In this document: piece after piece, positions 27,964 to 35,770 of the stretch
How positions within the stretch are numbered: position 1 is the stretch's first letter
Layout: the number at the start of each line of letters is the position of its first letter
DNA from: Desulfobacterales bacterium
GTDB lineage: Bacteria > Desulfobacterota > Desulfobacteria > Desulfobacterales > UBA2174
NCBI GenBank assembly: GCA_963668645.2
Contig: CAXXWC010000018.1
Coordinates: 128,001 to 192,000, forward strand
DNA: 64,000 nucleotides
Direction: 5' to 3'
Notes under the pieces: generated by a model
The model's database searches: none
The model's input: the letters and a program-made list of their open reading frames with translations, nothing else
What the model was told of the DNA's origin: nothing
Translations under genes and position numbers: made by a program

Positions 27964-29244
27964 ATGAAAGAGGCCTTCAAAAGGATCATCACCGACTTTC
28001 AGGAAAGAAAATTACCTCCGACAGTACCGCGGGAAGTTCAGATCCCCCTGGATACCGGCAAAATCGTCTCGCTTGTGGGCGTGCGACGCAGCGGCAAAAC
28101 CTCGATCATTTACCAACTCATTGAAAAACTGAGGGAAAACTGTGACCCTGCCAATATCGTATACGTCAATTTTGAAGACGACAGACTTTTTCCGTTGCAA
28201 TTGTCCCACCTTAAAGACCTCGTAGAGGCCTATTACGAGTTGCATCCGGCTAAGAGAGAAGAGCGCATCTATCTCTTTTTGGATGAGATTCAGAATGTAG
28301 CAAGCTGGGAGCTGTTTGTCCGAAGAATTTATGACACCCTTAACGTTCAGATATTCATTACGGGCTCTTCGTCAAAACTGATGAGCGCAGAACTGGCCAC
28401 CTCTCTTCGCGGCCGGGCGATCATTTATGAAATCTTTCCGTTTTCATTTTCCGAATTTCTGTCCTTTCGGGGTGTTGAGGTCAACCTTAATTCTTCAAAG
28501 TCGTTGAGCTATATCGCTAATGCTTTCAATGACTACATCTACCAAGGAGGTTTTGCTGAGACCATCAATGCACTGCCGGCCATAAGGTCAAAAATACTTA
28601 GAGATTACGCCGACATGATTATCTATAAAGATATTGTCGAGCGGTACGGTATCCAAAACCTGACGCTGATGAAGCATCTTGTAAAGTACTGCTTTACGAA
28701 CATGGCCACGGCTGTTAGTATGAACAAACTCTACAACGATTATAAATCTCAGGGATTCAAGCTCGGAAAAGACACTCTTTTCGAGTATTTTTCTTATCTT
28801 GCGGAGGCGTTTGCCGTATTCAGTGTACCGGTTTTCAGAAACTCCGTTCGGGAAGAACAGCGCAACCCCAAGAAAATCTATGCCGTAGACAATGGATTTA
28901 AATCCATTTTTGATGTTTCCTTATCACCTGATCATGGAAGGCTTTACGAAAATGCGGCATTTTTGCATTTGAGGCGAAAAACCGCTGAAATATATTATTT
29001 TTTACAAAAACAGGAAGTGGACTTCTACTGCCAAACTGAAAATGGGCCATTTGTCGCCAATGTCTGCTACGATATCAATGATCCTCAAACGCGCCGTCGC
29101 GAGATCAACGGCCTGGTAAAAGCTTTAAACTATTTCGACTGCCCCCAAGGTTACCTGCTGACGGGAAGACATGAGGAAACACTCCGCCAAGATGGTAAAG
29201 AGATCGTGATTTTACCTTTGTGGAAATGGATGTTGGCGAGCTGA
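27964..29244 (+). CDS. AAA+ ATP-binding protein (AAA_14 + DUF4143 type)
   Basis: Walker A GVRRSGKT, Walker B FLDEIQ, ITGSSS, LRGR, KKIYAVDNG and EVDF. Upstream TTGACG (27911)..TATTAT (27935). Confidence 0.9.
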   Translation: MKEAFKRIITDFQERKLPPTVPREVQIPLDTGKIVSLVGVRRSGKTSIIYQLIEKLRENCDPANIVYVNFEDDRLFPLQLSHLKDLVEAYYELHPAKREERIYLFLDEIQNVASWELFVRRIYDTLNVQIFITGSSSKLMSAELATSLRGRAIIYEIFPFSFSEFLSFRGVEVNLNSSKSLSYIANAFNDYIYQGGFAETINALPAIRSKILRDYADMIIYKDIVERYGIQNLTLMKHLVKYCFTNMATAVSMNKLYNDYKSQGFKLGKDTLFEYFSYLAEAFAVFSVPVFRNSVREEQRNPKKIYAVDNGFKSIFDVSLSPDHGRLYENAAFLHLRRKTAEIYYFLQKQEVDFYCQTENGPFVANVCYDINDPQTRRREINGLVKALNYFDCPQGYLLTGRHEETLRQDGKEIVILPLWKWMLAS

Positions 29245-29295
29245 TGTAAAGAGAGTTTTCCAACCTAAGCGTAATACATTTCCCATCACCCTTGG

Positions 29296-30153
29296 TTAAA
29301 AAAAATGTATCCCAGCCCAAAACCCTAAAACACCTATCGAGACTACATAAATGGCTGAAAAAAAATATCTGGCCAATCGTTCAGATGGATAAATTGCAGT
29401 TGTGATAAATAGAATAAGGCAGAAAAGAAAAAAAATTTTAACATAATTCAAATGAACGACAATAAATCCGAATGAAAAAATGGCCGCCGGGAACAAGGCG
29501 GCGATTCGCTTGCCGTAAGCAACGGCAAACGTTCTGTCTCCGATCAGCCTGTCCGCCTCAAAATCCATGATAGTGCTAAAAGCGTGAAAACCCATGACAC
29601 AAAAAGTAAAGTAATAAGCTTGAAGGGGGAAATGACCTATCTCTCCAGTAAAGCTGTAGCCTAATCCGAATGGGGCGAAAAAGCCGATGAGCCCTCCACA
29701 GATGACATCCAGAGGGGGGCGGGTTTTAAGTCTCCAGGGCGGGGCGGAATAAGTGTAAGATAAAACGAGCAAGGAAGCCGCGCAGTAAATATTAAAAATG
29801 TTGGTCGTGGCGATAGAACTTAAAAAGAATAGGACTGCAGCGGCCAGTGCTGTGATTTTGATCAGATCGTGCTGTTGAATCGGTAGAGAACCTTCTAATC
29901 CCCTTTTTCTAGGATTTAATCGATCAGCGATATGGTCTTGAATATCGTTGAATCCAAAAATAAAAAGGCATATAGGGAGGGCTAATAGGATAATCTGAAA
30001 TATCATTAAAGGTGTAAATTTATGTAAAAACTGAAATTTGTTTAGAGGTGAATCAGTCCGACCATAAAGTAATCCCATACAAAATACAAAAGGCATGCCT
30101 GGCCATAAAAAAGGACGGCTTGTTTTGAGTATAAGTAGTGTTTGTTGAAGCAT
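29296..30153 (-). CDS. UbiA-family prenyltransferase, lycopene elongase (CrtEb/LyeJ)-like
   Basis: SRP..W, NDIQD...DRLNPRK.GLEG, YSAPPWRLKTRPPLD and HAFSTIMDFEAD...G..T motifs; multi-TM. Confidence 0.8.
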   Translation of the reverse strand: MLQQTLLILKTSRPFLWPGMPFVFCMGLLYGRTDSPLNKFQFLHKFTPLMIFQIILLALPICLFIFGFNDIQDHIADRLNPRKRGLEGSLPIQQHDLIKITALAAAVLFFLSSIATTNIFNIYCAASLLVLSYTYSAPPWRLKTRPPLDVICGGLIGFFAPFGLGYSFTGEIGHFPLQAYYFTFCVMGFHAFSTIMDFEADRLIGDRTFAVAYGKRIAALFPAAIFSFGFIVVHLNYVKIFFLFCLILFITTAIYPSERLARYFFSAIYVVSIGVLGFWAGIHFF

Positions 30154-30195
30154 ATCTATAGAATATGTTGAGATATAACATTTATTTCATTATAA

Positions 30196-33100
30196 TCAAT
30201 ATTGTAGAGGATAAGAGAATCCTTGAGTTCCTCCTATGGTCGCGCCTACCATTTGGGTTGCGAAGTCATCAAAGTAGGCATTGTTTGTCATACCATCTCC
30301 AAAGGTGTGAAGCCCAATTTCATTTTGAGTAAAATTAGATAAACTATGAGTTGTATATTTTGTTGTTCGAACGATAGAGTTTGGTTCTTCTGAAGTTCCT
30401 GTGAGCCAAAATGTGCTTGAGAAAGACGGATTCAGGTTCCAGTTTTGTATCAATGTAAAATGGTCCGTACTCTGATAGGCCCCTTGGTCATCAGACCAAC
30501 CATCTTCGGGGGGCCAGTTGATGTCATCAGTGGTTGGGGGGCTGCTCCAGCGCTTATTGGCATATCTTTTTGAGTCAAGAGGAGAGCCGTCAGGACTACC
30601 ATGTTGATCAGTATCTCCGACATAAACTCTGATATCGTTAACATTGCCATAGGTTCCATCTATCTTTTCTTCAATTCGTAATACAAGTGTGGTCCAGTCT
30701 TTGATATATTGCGTGCCGCTGGTTAGAATGTCAGAAAGAGATTCGAGTGCAACAAAACGAGCGCTGTAGTTGGAATAAGGCCGATAAACGTCTAACCACT
30801 CGTTATTATAGAAACTACCTTCAAACTCAGAGATGGTTATTGTCCCTCTGTAGTAACGCCTCCAGCCTTGCCAATATTGAGTCCGAGTGATATTGGCAAC
30901 AAGTGCCCGGGCACCACTGCTCTGCCCTTGAATAATGTCCCCAACATTTATCTCATTTTGTCCTCTGTCGTAGTCTATAGATGAAGAGGAAATCGGAGTA
31001 TCCACTTGCGCCGTTACATCGTTTTGCAGTATAAGTTGAAAAAGTTTTTCGTTCGTTTGAAATGTAGAATATTGCGAAGAAAGTGAAAGTGAAAGCGATC
31101 CAGAGATACCGTTGTCATTCGTATTGACGGCGGTTATATCGGCCCGGGCGCCACTGCTTTCGCCTCTTATGAAATATGAGTTCGAACCATTTTGAAAATA
31201 TGGGTACTGACCATTATTGAAGGTTATTGAGTCGTCAATAATTTTATAGGCAATCCAGTCAAGACCATGGCTTTGCCCTTCTGTCTTTCTCCATAATACG
31301 ATGGTTGCAGTGTCGTCAACGGGTACTAGAGAATTGTCGATGCCGTCATCATCGGTGCAAAAAAACAAAAAACAACTTGAACCATTGCGCCCCCTCTGAA
31401 GGGATAGGCCGAGGCTGGATAGACCGCTAATAGAGGATGACGATAACTTCATCCGGAAATTAATCCCGCCCATATAGTAATCATGTTGAGGCAATTTGAG
31501 CTTGACTTGTGCATCGTAGCTTAATGTCTTTTCATTTGCTTGCCAAGAAGCCAGAAAATTGGCATAATTTTGACTCCATTTAAGCGGAATTAAGCTCAAA
31601 AATATATCGTCTGAAAAAAATGAAGTACCACTATTGTAGGAGTATGTTCCTGTTACTTTAAGGGCATTATTTGCTGTTGTATCGCCGGATTTCGTTCCTC
31701 CTGATGCAGTGGCTATCGCATGTGAGCCAAATACGGAATCGTGCCAATTGCTGGCGGAATTAGAAGTACCCGGATTTGTATCAAAAGTGTCTGAATATGT
31801 AGTCTTTTGTGTATCGGAATCGGAACTATCCATAAAATCAACTGGGGTAATAAAGGTGACCGTTCTGCTAACGCCTGCATATGTCCCAATACTCTTTATC
31901 GTAAAAAAATCGTTAGGAATGATATCGGTGGTGGTTGATACGCTAAAAGTATCGGTGCTTTGTGGATCATCGGAATCGTAGATGCCATGCAATGTAGAAG
32001 TGTTTGAATTGCTGTCTGTTTCACAATAGTCATACCGATAAATGACAGAATTCCCTTGAATTTGAAATTTTCCATTTTTTGGTGGCATAAAAAATCCGCT
32101 ACTCGCCACGGGGTTGCTTAACACTAAAGTAGCGGCTGATCCGGGTGTAATGTTTTGCTGGCTGGAAGGATTTGCGATAACGGTAACGGATGTCCATTCT
32201 GGTATTTCTGTGGTAATTGGATTAGACGGCAATAGTGTAAACATGTTACTACTGAAACTTGTATATTGATATTGCTTGGTGATAGTTGTATAAGCAGCTG
32301 AGGCATTTGGACGAGTCTGTGTACGAATCTGGAGCTTGCCTGTTGAAGGCACTGAAAATCCATTGGGTGCTGCACCAGGGAATCGTACGTTTAAGGTGGT
32401 TGCCCCAACAGCCTGATCTGATGAAGAAACCAGATAAAACGGTATTACTTCTAATTGTATGGCTCCTTCTGTCATATTGAGTGTGCGTCCGTCGAGAGTA
32501 TTTGCCATTGCATTTTGGTCATCGTTACGACCATTATTGCTGCTATCCGTTGAATGAAGAAACTGGCTGGCGGCGTAACGGAACCCTGATTCTGCAAGAT
32601 AGTAAGAATTCTTAGATACCTTATCGACCGTTTGACGCATGCTTGATGTATCGACCATAGAGAACATTACAACGCCCAATACAGATATAATTAAAATAGA
32701 AAAAATTATTCCGATGAGGACGGACCCATGGTCGCTAAAAAATATAGAATTTTTCAGTGATATTCTTTTTGCTGTTTTTGTACCGGATCTTCTGTTTGCT
32801 TTCTTAAATCTTATAAAAGCCCAAAAAGAAATAGCTGTTATCAGTAAGACAAGAGGAATGGCTCCTTTTGCATAAATTATTAAAAATGATATTGAAACAA
32901 TGGGAAGCAACAAAATTCTTACGATAATTTTTAAACAAGAATTGGTTTCGATTATACCAGAAATACGAGGGCTATAGGTATAGTATAGATTGATAAAACG
33001 TCGGCCTATAGACCAGGTATTAAGATAGCGGTCTCTGAATTGCCTCAATATCACCACCATGGGATGAGAAGAATTCCCATAAGCCGAAGTAGCAATGAAG

Positions 33101-33690
33101 CAGGATTGAGTGAAAGCTGGTGGATTATCAGGGGTTGGAATGGGGGCGCCACCAGCGTTTCCGTTGTTTCTAGGATTGACCACTGTGCTAAAAGTAAAAT
33201 TACTTCCCCCTCCTGCATTGCTCATTGATAAATTGATGACAATATGCGATAGATCCCTGATGTCATCAGCGGCGGGATTCCAATTATTACTACTTTTTTT
33301 ATAATCGAAGCTTAAACCATTGACTTGGTCGACAAGGATGTCGCCGCTACTAAAAGAAGGATTCGAACCAGCCGTACCGGTTGCGATCAAAATCTCAGAA
33401 TTCCCATTGCCGCCAAGACCTATCGATGTCGCTCCGGAAACCTTGTCGAACGTTATTGAAGTGGTTGCGGCATTTGATGTCGGGGAAGGGATCGAATGAA
33501 GATCGATTAATTCTCTCGTAATCCTTGCTAGTGCAACTTGAGCTTTTCCTGCAACTATGGAATTGTCCTTTACAAAAAGGTAGCCTTCAACAAAAGAGAC
33601 TATTCCAAGGCCTGCAACAGCAGAAACAATACCGACTAAAATAAGGGTTATAATAATCTCAAATAGTGTAAAACCGCTTTGTTTTTTCAT
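30196..33690 (-). CDS. Fused minor pilin: PilW/GspJ-like pilin + internal CFI-box-CTERM domain + PilX/GspK-like pilin + large beta-rich adhesin-like region (1164 aa)
   Basis: Start ATG 33690 behind AGGAG; SG|FTLFE N-methyl site; CFIATSAYG...LRQFRDRYL...G..FINLYY.YSP at aa ~197; second site HG|SVLIGII...SYYLAESG at aa ~322. Confidence 0.85.
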   Translation of the reverse strand: MKKQSGFTLFEIIITLILVGIVSAVAGLGIVSFVEGYLFVKDNSIVAGKAQVALARITRELIDLHSIPSPTSNAATTSITFDKVSGATSIGLGGNGNSEILIATGTAGSNPSFSSGDILVDQVNGLSFDYKKSSNNWNPAADDIRDLSHIVINLSMSNAGGGSNFTFSTVVNPRNNGNAGGAPIPTPDNPPAFTQSCFIATSAYGNSSHPMVVILRQFRDRYLNTWSIGRRFINLYYTYSPRISGIIETNSCLKIIVRILLLPIVSISFLIIYAKGAIPLVLLITAISFWAFIRFKKANRRSGTKTAKRISLKNSIFFSDHGSVLIGIIFSILIISVLGVVMFSMVDTSSMRQTVDKVSKNSYYLAESGFRYAASQFLHSTDSSNNGRNDDQNAMANTLDGRTLNMTEGAIQLEVIPFYLVSSSDQAVGATTLNVRFPGAAPNGFSVPSTGKLQIRTQTRPNASAAYTTITKQYQYTSFSSNMFTLLPSNPITTEIPEWTSVTVIANPSSQQNITPGSAATLVLSNPVASSGFFMPPKNGKFQIQGNSVIYRYDYCETDSNSNTSTLHGIYDSDDPQSTDTFSVSTTTDIIPNDFFTIKSIGTYAGVSRTVTFITPVDFMDSSDSDTQKTTYSDTFDTNPGTSNSASNWHDSVFGSHAIATASGGTKSGDTTANNALKVTGTYSYNSGTSFFSDDIFLSLIPLKWSQNYANFLASWQANEKTLSYDAQVKLKLPQHDYYMGGINFRMKLSSSSISGLSSLGLSLQRGRNGSSCFLFFCTDDDGIDNSLVPVDDTATIVLWRKTEGQSHGLDWIAYKIIDDSITFNNGQYPYFQNGSNSYFIRGESSGARADITAVNTNDNGISGSLSLSLSSQYSTFQTNEKLFQLILQNDVTAQVDTPISSSSIDYDRGQNEINVGDIIQGQSSGARALVANITRTQYWQGWRRYYRGTITISEFEGSFYNNEWLDVYRPYSNYSARFVALESLSDILTSGTQYIKDWTTLVLRIEEKIDGTYGNVNDIRVYVGDTDQHGSPDGSPLDSKRYANKRWSSPPTTDDINWPPEDGWSDDQGAYQSTDHFTLIQNWNLNPSFSSTFWLTGTSEEPNSIVRTTKYTTHSLSNFTQNEIGLHTFGDGMTNNAYFDDFATQMVGATIGGTQGFSYPLQY

Positions 33691-33722
33691 GATAGACTCC
33701 TGCTGATTAGCCGATACGCTCT

Positions 33723-34190
33723 TCATTCGGTAAAAAAAGCTGTCAATTTCTGTTCGTTTGCAGGATCGGTAATAGTCACTTTAAGAATTTCAGTACCGCT
33801 TGTCTCGTTACAGTTCTTGCCGCTACAGTTGAAAGAGATATACCCATTGTAGCTTAGAGTATACTTTCCATAATCATTATCGTATGAATTGCCCGCTGTG
33901 CCGAGACTGTTTCGAAAAGTATTAAGAGGGTTGGCGTCATCCGTGGAAGCCATTGATTCTTTATAAAATGCGGTCATGTTTTCCATTACTTCACTTAAAT
34001 CATAAGTGTTTCTGACACGAATTAAATTCATGGAGCTTTGGGAAAGGCTATTTTTCATGAAAACAGTTAGTATCGTACCAAATATAGCGATCAATACCAA
34101 AGAAACAATCACTTCGATTAAAGTAAAAGCCCGGCTTTCAAAATTATTTTTCAGTTTAAAGATTTTGTTTGTAAAATTAGAACCAATCAT
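33723..34190 (-). CDS. Minor type IV pilin (PilV/GspI position)
   Basis: Basic leader, RA|FTLIEVIVSLVLIAI (Ala at -1), C-terminal Cys pair. Confidence 0.85.
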   Translation of the reverse strand: MIGSNFTNKIFKLKNNFESRAFTLIEVIVSLVLIAIFGTILTVFMKNSLSQSSMNLIRVRNTYDLSEVMENMTAFYKESMASTDDANPLNTFRNSLGTAGNSYDNDYGKYTLSYNGYISFNCSGKNCNETSGTEILKVTITDPANEQKLTAFFTE

Positions 34191-34222
34191 ATTATACCTC
34201 GTACGAAAAGAGATAAAAGTAA

Positions 34223-34678
34223 TTAAGGAATAAATCCTGTATTACGAGTAATTGTAATGTTTCCACCGTTAGTCGCGACAACGATTGTCGTTGCGCCAGG
34301 ACTTCCATATTCGTCAAACGTTACACGGTTTCCAGTTGGTGGTGATATTGTCAAACCTGAATTTTTTGCAGTCAGGTCAACCGTTGAAGAAGACTCTCCG
34401 GGAATGATGACATGGGTTGTAGAACCTGTTCCCTGAAACAAATAGTAAGAGGTCGTGTTGAAATATATACCCCATGCGTTGTCGGTATTGATGGCTTTTA
34501 TCTGCGCGTAACGCAAATGATTCTTTACGGTTTCAACCTGGGAAGGTAGATAGAACTGATCAACGTTAGGCATACGAGAGAGCGCTATTGCGCTTAAAAT
34601 GCCAAGGATCAACAGCACAGCCACGACCTCGATAATAGTAAAACCGGCATAATGCCCGGTACGTTTTTCGTTTCTCAT
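34223..34678 (-). CDS. Minor type IV pilin (FimU/FimT/GspH-like)
   Basis: AG|FTIIEVVAVLLILGILSA; LRYAQ.KA; VTFDEYGSP. GAGGAG RBS upstream. Confidence 0.88.
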   Translation of the reverse strand: MRNEKRTGHYAGFTIIEVVAVLLILGILSAIALSRMPNVDQFYLPSQVETVKNHLRYAQIKAINTDNAWGIYFNTTSYYLFQGTGSTTHVIIPGESSSTVDLTAKNSGLTISPPTGNRVTFDEYGSPGATTIVVATNGGNITITRNTGFIP

Positions 34679-35065
34679 GAAAGTATCTCCTCAAAATTAA
34701 TTCTGTGCAATCAAATGTTTTCGGACTCCATATAGTGGATGGAGATAATTTCTGACCGTTCATCGCTTTCAAGAGAAACGGGCATTGAAAGTATCATATT
34801 ATACAACATGGAAACAAAATTAGTCACTACTGTTAAAATTTTTTTTAAAAATTGAAATTTCGCGCTGCTATTCCATAGTATCTTCTCCTAATCGCTTTTG
34901 ATCGGTTCCCTGAATTTTGGAGGCCACGTGGCTACAGAGGGGAAAACCATCAAACATCAGAGGATTGGGAGATTTGTTTGGCCTAAAAATCTTCAATTTA
35001 TGTCGGATTGTGTCTGTATAAGAAAAATAAATAAGAAAATCAGTATATTAAGATCGTTTAAGGGC

Positions 35066-35081
35066 TGGCACGAAAATGGCA
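35066..35081 (+). promoter_or_regulatory. sigma54 (-24/-12) promoter upstream of the major pilin
   Basis: TGGCACGAAAATGGCA: GG at 35067-68 and GC at 35079-80, with canonical spacing. Confidence 0.65.
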
Positions 35082-35241
35082 AAGTATCCACTAGGCTTGA
35101 TTGACACTCATTGACAATGAGCAGGCATTAGGGTAAATAGTCTTATTGTGGGAAAAATTTTGGGGAAAAATACATTCCATCATTCGGGGATTGACTCGAA
35201 ATTAACTTCAATGCACAGATTGTTTTGAAAGGAGAAGGAAA

Positions 35242-35640
35242 ATGCTGAGAAAAGACATAAAGAAGGCCCAAGGCGGTTTCACCTTGATTGAAATTATTGC
35301 GGTGTTGGTTATTCTGGGGATTTTGGCGGCGGTGGCCATTCCGAGGTTTATCGACTTGCAGGCGGATGCTAAGGATAAAGCACTTGATGGTGCCTGCGCG
35401 GCATATGCCTCAAATATCAACCTGCAATTTTCCAAACAGTTGCTGAATGGTAGCAATGTCAGCAATTCTCTAACTGAAGCTTTTACCGCTGCACCAACAG
35501 ATTTGGGTGATTTTAATGCAAGTGGTGCAACAGCCCCAGCACCAACAGAGGAAACCTATACATTTACCGTTGCACATGAGACAGATACAGATTGGAACAA
35601 ATCGTGTACAGCTCCAAATCCTGGTTATGCCGGTAGCTGA
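35242..35640 (+). CDS. Major type IV pilin candidate (PilA/MshA-like)
   Basis: GG|FTLIEIIAVLVILGILAAVAIPRFIDL; strong RBS; own sigma54 promoter and terminator. Confidence 0.88.
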   Translation: MLRKDIKKAQGGFTLIEIIAVLVILGILAAVAIPRFIDLQADAKDKALDGACAAYASNINLQFSKQLLNGSNVSNSLTEAFTAAPTDLGDFNASGATAPAPTEETYTFTVAHETDTDWNKSCTAPNPGYAGS

Positions 35641-35661
35641 TAGTCTTTTGTATAGAGCGAT

Positions 35662-35703
35662 AAAATCCAAGGGATTCTCCAGGTGGGGAATCCCTTGGAT
35701 TTT
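35662..35703. terminator. Bidirectional terminator after the pilin gene
   Basis: Perfect 16 bp inverted repeat AAAATCCAAGGGATTC / GAATCCCTTGGATTTT between convergent genes. Confidence 0.85.
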
Positions 35704-35770
35704 CTATGAGGACGGTAGAGCTAAAAGATCAAATCGATATAAACATACGGCAAGAATGATTTTAAAACCG

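Noticed and set aside
27964..29244. AAA ATPase as an anti-phage defence system
   Set aside because: Stand-alone AAA_14/DUF4143-type genes are common in variable regions; no partner gene or other evidence here supports a defence call.
35242..35640. Electrically conductive (e-pilin) interpretation of the major pilin
   Set aside because: The mature protein is ~120 aa and lacks aromatic residues at several Geobacter-type positions (27 is Leu, 32 is Lys); it looks MshA/PilA-like.
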